The notes under the pieces: generated by a model
What the model was told of the DNA's origin: nothing
The model's database searches: none
What the model saw: the letters and a program-made list of their open reading frames with translations, nothing else
Translations under genes and position numbers: made by a program
Part shown: one piece after another, positions 1-12,084 of the stretch
How positions within the stretch are numbered: the stretch's first letter is position 1
How the letters are laid out: each line of letters begins with the position of its first letter
From: Dipteris shenzhenensis
Taxonomy: Eukaryota
Length of the DNA: 64,000 nucleotides
NCBI GenBank assembly: GCA_047967505.1
Contig: CM106538.1
Direction: 5' to 3' (one strand)

Positions 1-943
1 TGCTAAACCTTTGGCTTCATAGCCAGGACCATCAGCCTCTCGTCCTGGTACTTCTACAGCGCGGACAAAGACAGTCAGCATGTCCTGTTTCAGTCGTCCC
101 CCTGTTAGGTGCATGTTAGAGTTGGGGAGCCAGTACCTCAAGCTACCACTGATGGGGCCACGGACCCGTCTCTTCAACCAGGAGACATTCCTGTCATGGG
201 TCCATGTGCTCATGTACAGGAGCGCTCACCTAGGGAAAACCTTTCTCCAGAGACTCGTGCCTTACTTGAGAACAATGCCAAAGTCGTGGGTGGCTAAGGT
301 CATGCAGATTCATGCTGAGGTCATGCAGCGGGATCCCCTTTCTTCTCTTGCACGGCTGTCTACATTGGTTCCACTCCTTTCGCAGGGCTCCTTCGCACTC
401 CTACGCCAGAGGTACTTCGTAGGAATTCATTTTCAGTTCTGGCAGACTTGGTTGAGTTTGAAACAGAGGATGAATTTGTACCCTCTACGCTCGGGGAGCA
501 CATCTTTCAGACATCTGTGGATAGAGTTTCCCCCTCAACAGGTGTGGGTTTGCTTTCCCCAGTTGACTTCCCTCCTCTTGATAGGAGGAACTTTTCGCAG
601 GAGAGGATTTTCTCCGCCAGTCAGGTAGGATCTTCCATCCGGCCTCCTCCTCTTGCAGATGAGGATTGTCAGTTGGAACGTTTAGGGCCTCGGGGGTTTA
701 CCTTGCCGCCGCCGCCGCAAGCAGCTGATTCATAACCAACTTCATCTAGGTGTTACTGGGGGTCCCATGGACATTCTGATGATTCAGGAATACAAATTGG
801 ATGTTAGGGATTGTGCCAAGTCGAGTAAGCTTCTTTCAGGCCATACTTTTTGGTCACGCACCTTGGGCACCAGGGGAGGTACTTGCATTTCAGTTTCTTC
901 TTCTATACTCCCCTTGGTGATTGGACACGGGATCATAACCTCG
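1..943 (+). mobile_element. L1-clade LINE fragment: end of ORF1 and start of ORF2 endonuclease, truncated at 943
   Basis: ATG AGG ATT GTC AGT TGG AAC (MRIVSWN) at 659 and ORF 767-967 (MDILMIQEYKLD...HTFWS) are APE endonuclease N-terminal motifs; homologous to the minus-strand copies near 9100 and 12240. Confidence 0.85.
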
Positions 944-2192
944 GCACTTGCCCTTGTGAAGGCCTGAAAGTGTAGTCCTGAACTCTGTGTTGATGAAAGG
1001 TGCATCAAGCAAAACATGCATATCCGGTTTCACCAAGAAAGGGATGCTCTGCCAAATAACCTGTCTAGCATCCTCTCTATCCCGTGTGTCAGGATCTGCA
1101 GTAAGAAGGGCGGCCTACAAATCTGAAGCTATGCGCATGACATCATCTGGATCTGTCTGTAAAACCCCATGTGAGTCAATAAGTTGGGATACACTCTCTC
1201 TACTATGTCTAGGGCCAAGAGTAGAGAAAAAGTGTTTATTGACTCTGCCACCCATCTGAATCCAGAAGGACTCCCGTGCATATGAAAGGCATACTCTGCT
1301 CTCTGATCAAGCAATATCTGCTGATGAGCCCTTGCTGTAGCAAGGCGCTCCTGAATCCAAGCATCTAAAGGCCGTTTCTGCTCTTCCCTCTGCAAAGTTG
1401 CCAACTGCTAGCGAACACCAATCTCACGTCTGAGAATATCTCGTCTCCTGGTACAAGCAACTGAGTGGTAGAAGTTGCTAATACCAGAAAGGGCAATAGC
1501 TACATGTGATGGATATGGCTGCTCACCCTGGACATGACAAACCCATATCTGCAGGGCTACCTCTGTGTACAAGGCATTTGGAATCCTAATGCTGGTAGAC
1601 CGGCCTCTCAAGTGAGGCTCTGAGATAGCCAACACAACAGGAAAGTGGTCTGCAGTGGAAACCCTAGCAGCAATGCATACCAATCCACCTCTATCTAGTA
1701 CCCATAGAATCTGTCAATGCGTGCATGAATAGGCATCTATTGCCTCCTGTTCGACCAAGAGAATAGGAGGGACTGTGGCTGAATAAGAAAGGCATCGTCT
1801 AACCAAGTATCTCTGCCACAGTGGTGAAAAAGGAAGGCATCCCAAGCTGCTCTCTCCAAAGAGTGAAGTCCTCCTTCTCTACCCCCTTTTTTGTCTGATG
1901 GTAACTCAACCATGTTAAAGTCACCTCCAATCACCCATGAATCCGCAATGGGGGCCAAGGAGGGTAAATCCTTCCACATAATGACACGTTCCCCTCTAAT
2001 GTTGGAGGCATACAGGTTAAGGAAACCCTCCAATCAAGAGAATAATCCACTGAGCCCTAGAGGGAATAATGACTCCGTGTCCAACAACTAAGGGGAGAAC
2101 TGACTGCGAAATTGAAATAGAAGTGCCCCCCCTAGTGCCCAAGGCAGGCGACCAAAATGTATGGCCAGAAAGCAACTTGCTTGACTTGGCAC
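944..2192 (-). mobile_element. L1 LINE copy A, downstream segment (endonuclease to linker, ends at KGKC), degenerate
   Basis: ORF pieces WVIGGDFNMVE, FSWSNRRQ, DHFPVVL; the reading IDILFIQEHKLDSRDCAKSSKLL is rebuilt by joining 12085 to 2192 across the GGCAC TSD. Confidence 0.9.
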
Positions 2193-2502
2193 TATTGGAA
2201 TATGAAGCCAAAGTGAGTAAAAAATGAGTGTACTAGTGGTTTTATAGTCTATGAGTCCTAGACATGCCATGTGTCATATTGGGAGATATCCCATAGACAT
2301 TGTGACTTTCTAGAGTCTAGTGGCATACTATATATTGTTGTACTTGTCTATTATCTGAAATATCAGTCAACATCAAGCTATTAATGCATTGTGAGTATTT
2401 TGGTTATTGCCTTGCACTTGTACTTTCCTTCCTTTCCATTTTCCCTTTCATTATGCTTTCCATATTTCCATTCTGTTCCTAGCTAGCTACCATGTCTCTT
2501 CA
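2193..2502 (+). repeat. 5' LTR (TG start decayed to TA, ends CA)
   Basis: About 13 substitutions and 1 indel versus 11774-12084 by manual comparison. Confidence 0.92.
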
Positions 2503-2504
2503 TA

Positions 2505-2516
2505 TGGTATCAGAGC
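2505..2516 (+). promoter_or_regulatory. Primer-binding site, tRNA-iMet type
   Basis: TGGTATCAGAGC 2 nt after the LTR end. Confidence 0.9.
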
Positions 2517-3867
2517 CTTCCTTCCTAGCCCTTCTCTTCCTCCTTGCTTCTCCATGAGGTAGAGGGTGGTCGGAAAGAGAAGTTGCCCTCTCTTCTCTTG
2601 GAGGAGCTCCCCTTCCCTACTCCTCTCCATTGAAGGCTTCATCAACATTGGGATTCTCCTCCAACGTTGTCTTCTCCAACTTGAGCTTCTGCCACCTCTC
2701 TTCCCTTTCCTTGGTGAGCTCTTCTCCTTCCTTTAGCTACAAAGACGTCCTGGAGTGGTGCTGTTTCTATTGTGCTCTCTGTGACTTGCGGACAATGTGA
2801 CGCTTCTATCTGGATCTGGAAGCAGAATCACGACTTTGTGTCTTCAAGAAAGTTGTAGAGGACCTTGAGTACTACAATTTTCAAATAACATCATTGCAAT
2901 CTGAGTTCTCTATGAAAAGATATAGCTCCTACAAAAAGTGACAAAAGTTATTTCTACGCACGGATTTTGTTCTTGAGTTCACGGGATGATAGTTTCCAGC
3001 CTACTGTCACTATCTTGATCTCCACCTCCATCTTTTTCTGCTCCAATTGGTGCCCACGAAGCTAAGCTGTAGCTGCCCGTGCAGCTTCTCCTGCTACCCA
3101 TGTAGCTATCCTCTCTGCTCGCCATCTAGCTGCCCACGTTGCTTCTAGCTACTCCTATTGCTCACGCTTCTCTTATTGCCCACAAAGCTCTATCTTCTCG
3201 CCATTCGAGCTGCCACATTGCACACCTCATCTGCCTTCTATAACGGTGTGTAGACTCCACACTAACTTGCAGCAAGAAGATAAAGAAAAATTATCTTGAT
3301 GTGAGGTATGGTTACTTCCCGGCTTCTCCGATTACTTCTCTAATTGCGCGTGGTTCTAGGCTTGCACATTGAGTGACTCTACTAGTCCTTGTGGCACCTC
3401 CGGCCTCTACATCAATAAGTCTAGGTGACTCTCCATCTTCTATCTTGAGAGTCATGCCATGACCGCTCCATGTAGCTACCCGATGGACTTCACCAACACA
3501 TATTTTGGGGCATCCATGCCTAGTGCTTCATCGACTTGCAGGGATGTGCACACATGTGCAGTGGCTACTTGGAGAACATCTCTTACTCCTAAGAGATCCA
3601 TTTTTATTATTCCTACAGCTTGATGTATTTTGGGGTCCTCTGTCTTGGGTAGTCCATCAAAAATGATATGTATTGAGTGTTTGGTTGTCATTGAGTCTAA
3701 AGGTCCTCTGCCTTGGATAGTCCTCCTAAAAAGATGTATTGATTTTCCTATTTTGGTGTGTGGCTTCCTAATATGTCCTGTTATGAAGCTAAGGGGGGAT
3801 GTACTGTGGGAGCCATGTATTGGCTTTGACAGGTTTAGAGGGGGATGTATTGTGGGAGCCATGTATT

Positions 3868-4787
3868 TTTTTTTCCCAAAATAGACTTCTATTAAGTAGG
3901 AGAAAAAACCCGCGAGAGTAAGCTCAAAGCGGAATACATCATGAAACTATGAGGATAAATAAAACCCCCTCAAAGTGAGGTGGAAAACAACCAAGACTGA
4001 GGTTGAAAGTGCCACCTCAACCCTGTAGGAGTCTTAGAGAAGAAAGGAGAATCCTTCCATTCCCTGAAGAAAGAAGCCCTCCTAGCTGAGGCTGCACGGG
4101 TGTCTCCCAGCATACTCATCCATACGGCCATCAAAGTATATATGGTGTCTGTCCAAATACTAGCCAAAGTGTGTGAGGGATGAACCTGAGTACCCTCCAT
4201 AGCCTCTGTGCATCTGGCTCTCCAGATATGCCAAGATGCTATGCTGGCTAAAATCTCCCAAGAAGTATCCACATAGGCATGTACATCTTTAAAAAGAAGG
4301 TGTGGTACCACATCCAACCAACAGGACTCAATCTGATGACGTCGAACCAAAATGGCCCGAGAGGAATCAAGTCTCTCCTAGAATACCTAAGGCCCTGTAA
4401 GAGAAAGCCAAGCCACTGAGCCCCATGTCATAAAGAATGGGGAGTGGGCAAAGTGACTGAAAATCCTAGCTACCCCCATCCAAATGATCCTCGCCTGTCT
4501 ACAATCCCATAAACAATGCTGAATAGTCTTTGAAGCAGAGAGGCAAAGAGGGCAAGTAGGATTGGCTCCGAACCTGGATCTCCAAAGGTTCACTGCAATC
4601 CCACCATGGATAGAAAGCCAAAAGAAGAGAGTGATCTTTCTATTCCTGTGGGATTTCCAGAAGCACCTCTGCAGATCTGCAATGATATCAAATGTCTCCC
4701 AATGAGGAACTCTGGAAGGTCTCCAACCTCTACTACTGAGCTGAAATCTCCTCGCATTACTGACCGTGTAACAAAAGAAGGGGATGC
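3868..4787 (-). mobile_element. 5'-truncated L1 3' end (zf-RVT region, 3' UTR, poly-A) abutting L1 copy B
   Basis: ORFs 4387-4593 (CPLC...HCLWDC) and 3970-4350 (WHIWRARC); T-run at 3866-3874; near duplicate of 4788-5590. Confidence 0.88.
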
Positions 4788-4901
4788 TTTTTTTTTTTTT
4801 TTTCCATGAAAAAGACTTCTATTAAGTAAGAACAAAAACCCGCAAGAGCAAGCTCAAAGCGGAATACATCATGAAATCATGATGATAAATTAAAAAACCC
4901 C

Positions 4902-7900
4902 TCAGAGTGAGGTGGAAAGAAGCCAAGGCTGAGGCTGAAAGTGCCATCTCAACCCTGTAGTAGATTCAGAGAAGAAAGGAGAATCCTTCCATTCCCTGAA
5001 GAAAGAAGCCCTCCTAGCTGAGGCTGCACGGGAGTCCCCCTGCATACCCATCCATACGGCCATCAAAGTGTGTACGATGTCTGTCCAGATACTAGCCAAT
5101 GTGTGCGAAGGATGAACCTGAGTACCCTCCATAGCCTCTGTGCATCTGGCTCTCCAGATATGCCAGGTTGCTATGCTCGCTAGAATCTCCCAAGAAGTAT
5201 CCACACAGGCATGTACAGCTGTAAAAGGACGGTGTGGTACCACATCCAACGAACAGAACTCAACCCGATGACGTTGAACCGAAATGGCCCGAGAGGAGTC
5301 AACTCCCTCATAGAAAACCTGAGGTCCTGTAAGAGAAAGCCAAGCCACCGAGCCCCAAGTCATAAAAAGTGGGGAATGGGCAAAGTGACTGAAGATCCTG
5401 GCTATCCCCATCCAAATCAATCTCGCCTGTCTGCAATCCCATAAGCAATGCTGAATAGACTCCGAAGCAGAAAGGCAACGAGGGAAAGTAGGGTCGGCTC
5501 CGAATCTAGACCTCCAAAGGTTCACTGCAATCCCTCCATGGATAGAAAGTCAAAAGAAGATAGTGATCTTTCTATTCCTGTGGGATTTCCAGAGCCTCCT
5601 CCAGAAGTACCTCCAGAGCCCTGCGTCAATCCACTCCCACTCGCCAGGGTCCCACTACAAATACCTCATGGGAACTCCCTGTACAGCCAAAGCCTCCAAG
5701 ACTCGGTGGAGAGTAGCCGGGGGTCTAGGTCGAGGAGCCACTCTGAATCTGATCCCTGCACCAAAAGACCTACAACCCTGATAGGCTGAAAAGCAGACTC
5801 AAGCAAGATGTCCTCTGTGGATCTGAGCAATCTGCCACCATCCTGCACATAAAAAGTAAAGCATCCTCCTGTGCATCTCGAAAGGCCAAAACTTGAACAC
5901 TGCCTCTCGTAAAAGTACCTGCCCAAGTGGAGCAAGTGAGTGGCAAATCATCTGTGTCTACCCAATCCTCTGGAAGGGCTGCCTCAATCTGCAAGATCCT
6001 CCCTGCACTCCCTCTGAGATGTCCTGTCAACTGAGACTTGGTCTCCTTTGGAAGCATGCGGAAAGCTTTCCAAGACCCCAGAGATGATGCAGGTCCCCTC
6101 TCCCACCTAGACCAATGCATGTAGAGTGAGGCACCAAGTGGTCTGCCACGATCATCTAAAATACTATCATTCCACATGATGGGTTCCCTATCAATCTCTT
6201 CACAAGAGGAAGGAGGAATCCTCCGAAGAGTGCTCCTAAAACTGGCCCATGCTTTCAGAATGGCAACCATGAGAGGGGACGAAGGTGATCTGAGGTGTGC
6301 TGTCATGAAGATCCACCTAATACTACTCATCCAGTCTCCTCCTGAAGAAGGTGTGCACCTCTGTATGTTGCTAATAAGAAAGGCCTTCCAACGTTCCTAC
6401 CCTCGCATAAGTCCCCGCACCACCATCTTGCATAGTAAAGCTTTGCACTGTAAATCTGGATCAATAATATTGAGACCCCCTTCCTATGTAGGGAGGATAA
6501 GGGTCTCCCAAGCCACCCTGGCTAAGGTATCTGCTGTGCCATCAAGCCCACTCCAAAGAAAATTTCTGATCAGTCTCCTGAGCTGAGTGATGCAGTCCCT
6601 AGAATAGCACCAGCAAGAATAAACAAAACAGCCGTGGCCAAGAGGACCTGGTTGACCACCACAACTCTAGAGGCAAGATCCAACTTGGCTGAGCCCCAAA
6701 AAAGGAGCTTCCTCCTGATGCTCTCCAACACGGGAGCAAACTGCTGCGTGGAAGAAATATCCAAGCTGACCTGGCAGCCCAAATACTTGACAGGCACACC
6801 CCTCTGAACCCAAGTGAATCCTATGTCAAGCCCCCAAACTGGAGTGTCCTCATCACTGATCCAAAAGCCATTGCATTTATGCCAATTTATCTGCGCCCCT
6901 GCCGCCAAGCAAAATAAATCCAATGCTATCCTGAAAGAAGTGAGCATCTGTGGAGTGGCATCCAAGTAAACTGCTGTGTCATCTGCCAACTCACTGTCAA
7001 GTAACTCCTCTTCCCTTTTAATGGGAAGTCTCAGCCCAAAGATGTCAGCTTGAGATCTAACATAGATACTCATAGCTTCAGCCACGAAGAAAAAAAGGAA
7101 AGGAGCAAGGGGCCATCCCTGACGGACTGATCTGGAAATCTGAAATCTCTCACCCCTTACCCCACCAATAAGTACCTGCTGTGGGCTGCTCTGTACAAAG
7201 AGGAAACACCTCTGATCCAAGCATCAGTAAAGACAAAACGTAGAAGGGTGCCCTCCAAAAAACCCCAATCTACTCTGTCATAAGCTTTCTCAAAATTCAA
7301 AAGTAGAATGGCTAGATTCTGGCCGCTCTGCATGGCCCACTCTAAGGCTTCCTAGAAAGAAAAAATGTTATAAAAAATGCTTCTGCCATGCACAAATCTC
7401 ATCTAAGTGTCATGAATAAGATCTGGGAGAAGGGGCTGCAATCGGAGGCTGATTGCCTTGGCCAGAATCTTGTAACAAGTCCCCAGAAGTGTGATAGGCC
7501 TCCACTGGGACACTAAATTTCTGCAACCTCCTTTCGGGATAAGGTGGATGAGACCTTCTGTAAGCGACCCGGGCATCTCACTAGAGTCCCAAATGCCCTG
7601 CAGGGCTGAAGTAATGTAGTCTCCAATCATATCCCAGAATGCAATGAAAAAGAGGGGGTAAGGCCATCCGAACCTGGGCACTTGCCTTTGTAAAGGCCTG
7701 AAAGTACAGTCCTGAACTCTGTGGTAGTGAAAGGTGCATCAAGCAAAACATGCATATCCGGTTTCACCAACAAAGGGATGCTCTGCCAAATAACCTGTCT
7801 AGCATCCTCTCTATCCCGTGTCTCAGGATCAGCAGTAAGAAGGGCGGCATAAAAATCTGAAGCTATGTGCAAGACATCATTAGGATGTGTCTGTAACACC

Positions 7901-9102
7901 ACATGCGAGTCAATAAGTTGGGATACACTCTCTGTACTATGTCTAGGGCCAAGAGTAGAGAAAAAGTGTTTATTGACTCTGCCACCCATCTGAATCCAGA
8001 AGGACTCCCGTGCATGAAAGGCATACTCTGCTCTCTGATCAAGCAATACCAACTGATGAGACCTTGCTGCTGCAGCAAGGTGCTCCTGAATCCAAGCATC
8101 TGAAGGCCGTTTTTGCTCTTCCCTCTGCAAAGCTGCCAACTGCTAGCGAACACCAATCTCACGTCTGAGAATAACTTGTCTCTTGGTATGAGCAACTGAG
8201 AGGTATAAGTTGCTAATACCAGAAAGGGCAGCAGCTACCTGTGATGGCAATGGCTGCCCACCCTGGACAGGAGAAACCCATATCTATAGGGCTGCCTCTG
8301 TAAGGTCCTCCTCTGTGTACAAGGCATCTGGAATCCTATTGCTTGCAGATCGGCCTCTTAAGTAAGGCTTTGAGATAGCCAACACAACAGGAAAGTGGTC
8401 TAAAGTGGAAACCCCATCAGCAATGCATACCAATCCACCTCTATCAAGTGCCCAATCATCTACATAGAATCTGTCAATACGTGCATGAATAGGCATCTGC
8501 TGCCTCCTGTTCGACCAAGAGAACAGGAGGTGGCTGAATAAAAAAGGCATCGTCCAGCCAAGTATCTCTGCCACAGTAGTGAAAAAGGAAGGCATCGCAA
8601 GCTGCTCTCTCCAAAGAGTGAAGTCCTCCTTCTCTACCCCCTTTTTTGTCTGACAGTAACTCAACCATGTTAAAGTCGCCTCCAATCACCCATGAATTCG
8701 CAATGGGGGCCCAGGAGAGCAAATCCTTCCACATACAGACACGTTCCCCTCTAATGTTGGAGACATACAGGTTAAGGAAACCAACCTTACACCCTCCAAT
8801 CAAGAGAATAATCCATTGAACTCTAGAGGGAATAATGATCCATGTCCAACAACCAAGGGGAGAACCGCCCCCCTTGGTGCCCAAGGCAGGCGACCAAAAA
8901 GTATGATTAGAAAGCAGTTTGCCAGACTTAGAGCAATCACTCGCATCCAACTTGTGTTCCTGGATAAAAAGGATATCAATAGCACCTCCACCAGTGACAC
9001 CTGGATGAAGCTGATTTCGGATCATTGATTCCGGATCAGCTACCTACGGTGACGGTGTGGAACTCCGTCTAGGCCTTGTATGTTCCAACTGACAATCCTC
9101 AT
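4902..9102 (-). pseudogene. L1 ORF2 (endonuclease, reverse transcriptase, zf-RVT) broken by stops and frameshifts
   Basis: ORF fragments 8474-9025, 8284-8685, 7627-8139, 7403-7681, 6570-7220, 5770-6330 and 4902-5525 tile one ORF2; start MRIVSWN at 9102. Confidence 0.9.
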
Positions 9103-10679
9103 CGACAGCAGGATGCTAGATGGAAAGGCTTACCCGACCTAGTAGAGGAGACCAGCTTCCCCTAGGCCAAAACACTCCTACTAAGGGCAGGAACCTCAAC
9201 AGGTGAAAGGATCCATACACTTGCTGAGGGGGAGGCTCTTTCAAAGGGAATCCCAATGAGCGGGACCCCTAAGGTGGAGGGCACAAACTCCTCATCATCC
9301 ATGAAAGTCGTCGAATCAGCCAGTGTCGAAAAAGAGTTCCTGAGGAGCAAGTCTGGCTGAGGAGTGTGAAAAAGACCTGCACTCGTGGAGGAAGGAGGAG
9401 AAGGATCTACCAGACCTCTATCAGCAGATCTGGAGCTGGGAGCTGAGGAGGCCTGTGGCTGGGCTGAAGAAGGATCTGTAGTCCTCATCTGTGCAAACAC
9501 TCCCTCAGTTGTGGCATGAACAGTCTGAGGGGGAGAAGTATTGGTAGCCCCCTCATGATCAGAAGCAAAAATGACTGGGGCTGGTGCATCTGAAGGCCCC
9601 TCCTGATGTGGAACTATAGTATCTGGGGCTGCAGCAGCATCCACCTTTGGAGTCTGGATGGCATCTGTTTGAATCGGATCAAGGGTCTCCTCCTGAGGTA
9701 AAGGAGCCACTCTGACCGCTCTCCAACATGGTACTGGGAGTGCTGCAGGCTTTGGGTGCCTTGCTGCCCCTGGTGGTCCTAGGGTGCATGAAGCAGGGCG
9801 CCCTACTGCTCTTGGTAGTCCTGGAGTGCGTGGTACAGGCCGCAGGGGAGGTGCAGACGGGGTAGTACTTGAAGGAGCCGCACCAAAAGACCTCTTGGGT
9901 CTTTTTCTCTTCCTTGGGCAATCTCTAGCAAAGTGCCCAAGGGTCCTGCAAATCCTGCACTGATCCTGTCTACCTGCAATCTCGATTCTCTATCGAAAGA
10001 GAGAGCCATTTGGACGCTGAATCATGATGTGGTCATCTGAGATGTTAGGGTCAGAGACAATGACTCTAACTCGAGCCACCCCGTCCGCTCTGACTGCCTC
10101 TGCCGAGGAAGAAGGCATGCCAGGAAGGGGGGGAATCTCAGTGACCACTCCGAAAGTGGCTCCGATAGTAGCAAGAAGTCAATGGTACCTGAGGAAGACC
10201 AGGAAACCTAATGAACAGTGATGTGACCTGACTGTCCTCCTCGACCGGATCGAAGCCCAAGGTGTAGGGCAAAAGAAAAATCGTCCTCGAACCCAAAGCC
10301 AGGGATTAGCTTTGAGAACAAGGGCTATGGACTCGTGGGAGTCGAAGATCACTTGGAAGAATCCACGTCTCAGAAGTCGAATATCCCTGAGGTGTGGGGC
10401 GAGATCTCCTGGTCTCTAGCCTATGATCTGGAAGGATGTGACCCAAAAATGCGGGCGAAAAAGTGATGTGGAACCCTCTAATTCCCCACATCTTTCTTGA
10501 GCTGCTACAACTCGTCTTTTGAAAAAATGACGGTTCTCGCAGCTGTTGGAAGTGGACGGAGATTGGCTGAATGGGGATCCATTCGCCAATCGAAGTGAAA
10601 AGGTTGATTCCAACCCTGTTAAAGCTCCATCCGTGAAACTACTGCCCAAGACGCCCTGAAACGGGCGTAGGAAGGAGGA

Positions 10680-11433
10680 GAAAAGGAGAGGGTAGGAGAG
10701 AGGCGAAGGGACGGAGAGGATAGGATAGAAGGGAGAGGGCTGATGGGGAAGGAGAGGGTAGGCGACGGAGAGGAAAAGAGGGGGGGCTTAGGAGGGAGGG
10801 AGGGGGGGGGTTAGGAGGGAGGAAGGGGGCTGAAGGCGGCAAGGAGGGAGAAGGTGGGCAGGGGAGAGGAAGGAAGGGGGCAGGTTAGGGAAGGGAGGGA
10901 GGGGGGGAGTTAGAGGAAGGGTGGGGAAAGGGGCGGAGGGAGGGAGGAGGGGCGGGAAAGAGGGGACGGGGGGGAAAAGGGGGGGGGCGAGGGAGGAGGA
11001 GGGGGCGGGGGCGGGGGGGGGGAGAGGGAGGGCGGGGGACGGGGAGGGGGAAGGGGAGGGAAGGGGTGGGGGAGGAGGAGGGGGCAGGGGGGCAGCAGGA
11101 GAGGGAGGGTGGGGGAGAAAGGGGGTGGGGGAGGGAGGGGGCGGGGGGGGCAGCAGGTGGGGGAGAGGGGGCGGGGGAGGGGGAGGGGGAGGGGGTGGGG
11201 GAGGGAGGGCAGCAGGAGGGGAGAGGGAGGGCGAGGAGGGAGAGGGAGGGGGCAGGTGGGCTGGCAAGGGGGGAGAGGGAGAGCGGGGAGGAGGAAGGGA
11301 GGGAGGAGGGAGAGGGGGGTTGGCAAAGGGGAGGGAGAGGGCAGGCAGCGAGGGTGAGGGGGAGGGAGAGAGAGGGAGAGGGGCTGGCTGAGAGAGGGAG
11401 AGGGGGGGGGGGGGGCAGCAGCTCAGGGGGAGA
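10680..11433. repeat. G/A-rich low-complexity tract (C-rich on the L1 sense strand), 5' UTR of L1 copy B
   Basis: About 750 bp of G-runs between ORF1 and the TSD. Confidence 0.85.
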
Positions 11434-11651
11434 GGAGCCATGTATTGGCTTTGATAGGTCTCGTTATCAGGCCTGGCCGAGTTCCACGATGTTGGTGTAC
11501 TCCAGGCTCCTAGACCTATGAGCTGGTCATGTAGCCATGCTATAATGTGAGCCTCTGAGCATGTTGAGTCTCAAGCCATGAGAGTGCTTGGATTAACCTC
11601 TGAACATGCTCAGACTTTAGCCTCTGAGTTACATAGGGTGCACAGTTTGAT

Positions 11652-11758
11652 GACCGTCATTGTCATGTTCTGTTCTTGGTTCCATTCCAATAGTCCCTCA
11701 CCTTAGACCGTCATTGTCATGTTCTGTTCTTGGTTCCATTCCAGTAGTCTCTCATCTT
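11652..11758 (+). repeat. Two-copy tandem repeat, about 54 bp unit, next to the PPT
   Basis: GACCGTCATTGTCATGTTCTGTTCTTGGTTCCATTCCA occurs twice. Confidence 0.85.
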
Positions 11759-11773
11759 GCCTTCATAGGGGGG

Positions 11774-12084
11774 TGTTGGGATATGAAGCCAAAGTGAGTA
11801 AAAAATGAGTGTACTAGTGGTTTTATAGTCTAGTGAGTCCTAGACATGCCACGTGTCATATTGGGAGATATCCCATCGACATTGTTACTTTCTAGAGTCT
11901 AGTGGAACACTATATATTGTTGTACTTGTCTATTATCTAAAATATCAGTCAACGTCAAGCTATCAATACATTGTGAGTATTTTGGTTATTGCCTTGCACT
12001 TGTACTTTCCTTCCTTTCCATTTTCCCTTTCATTATGCTTTCCATATTTCCATTCCGTTCCTAGCTAGCTACCATGTCTCTTTA
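11774..12084 (+). repeat. 3' LTR (starts TG, CA end decayed to TA)
   Basis: Preceded by PPT and followed by TSD GGCAC. Confidence 0.92.

Larger units (their letters stand above)
4788..11433 (-). mobile_element. Near full-length L1 LINE copy B (C-rich 5' UTR, ORF1, ORF2, 3' UTR, poly-A), degenerate
   Basis: T-run at 4788-4803; domains in order: ORF1 zinc knuckle near 9920-9960, endonuclease, RT (WRPITLLG, RQGWPLAP, ADDT, KYLG), zf-RVT; TSD GGAGCCATGTATT at 3855-3867 and 11434-11446 encloses this copy plus 3868-4787. Confidence 0.93.
2193..12084 (+). mobile_element. Non-autonomous LTR retroelement (about 310 bp LTRs, about 1.7 kb non-coding interior), inserted in L1 copy A and interrupted by L1 copy B
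   Basis: Direct repeats 2193-2502 and 11774-12084; PBS TGGTATCAGAGC at 2505; PPT AGGGGGG at 11767-11773; 5-bp TSD GGCAC at 2188-2192 and 12085-12089. Confidence 0.92.

Noticed and set aside
10639-11521. Pro-rich and Gly-rich ORFs (extensin- or formin-like)
   Set aside because: Artefacts of the G/C tract in the L1 5' UTR; open in several frames on both strands and enclosed by the L1 TSD.
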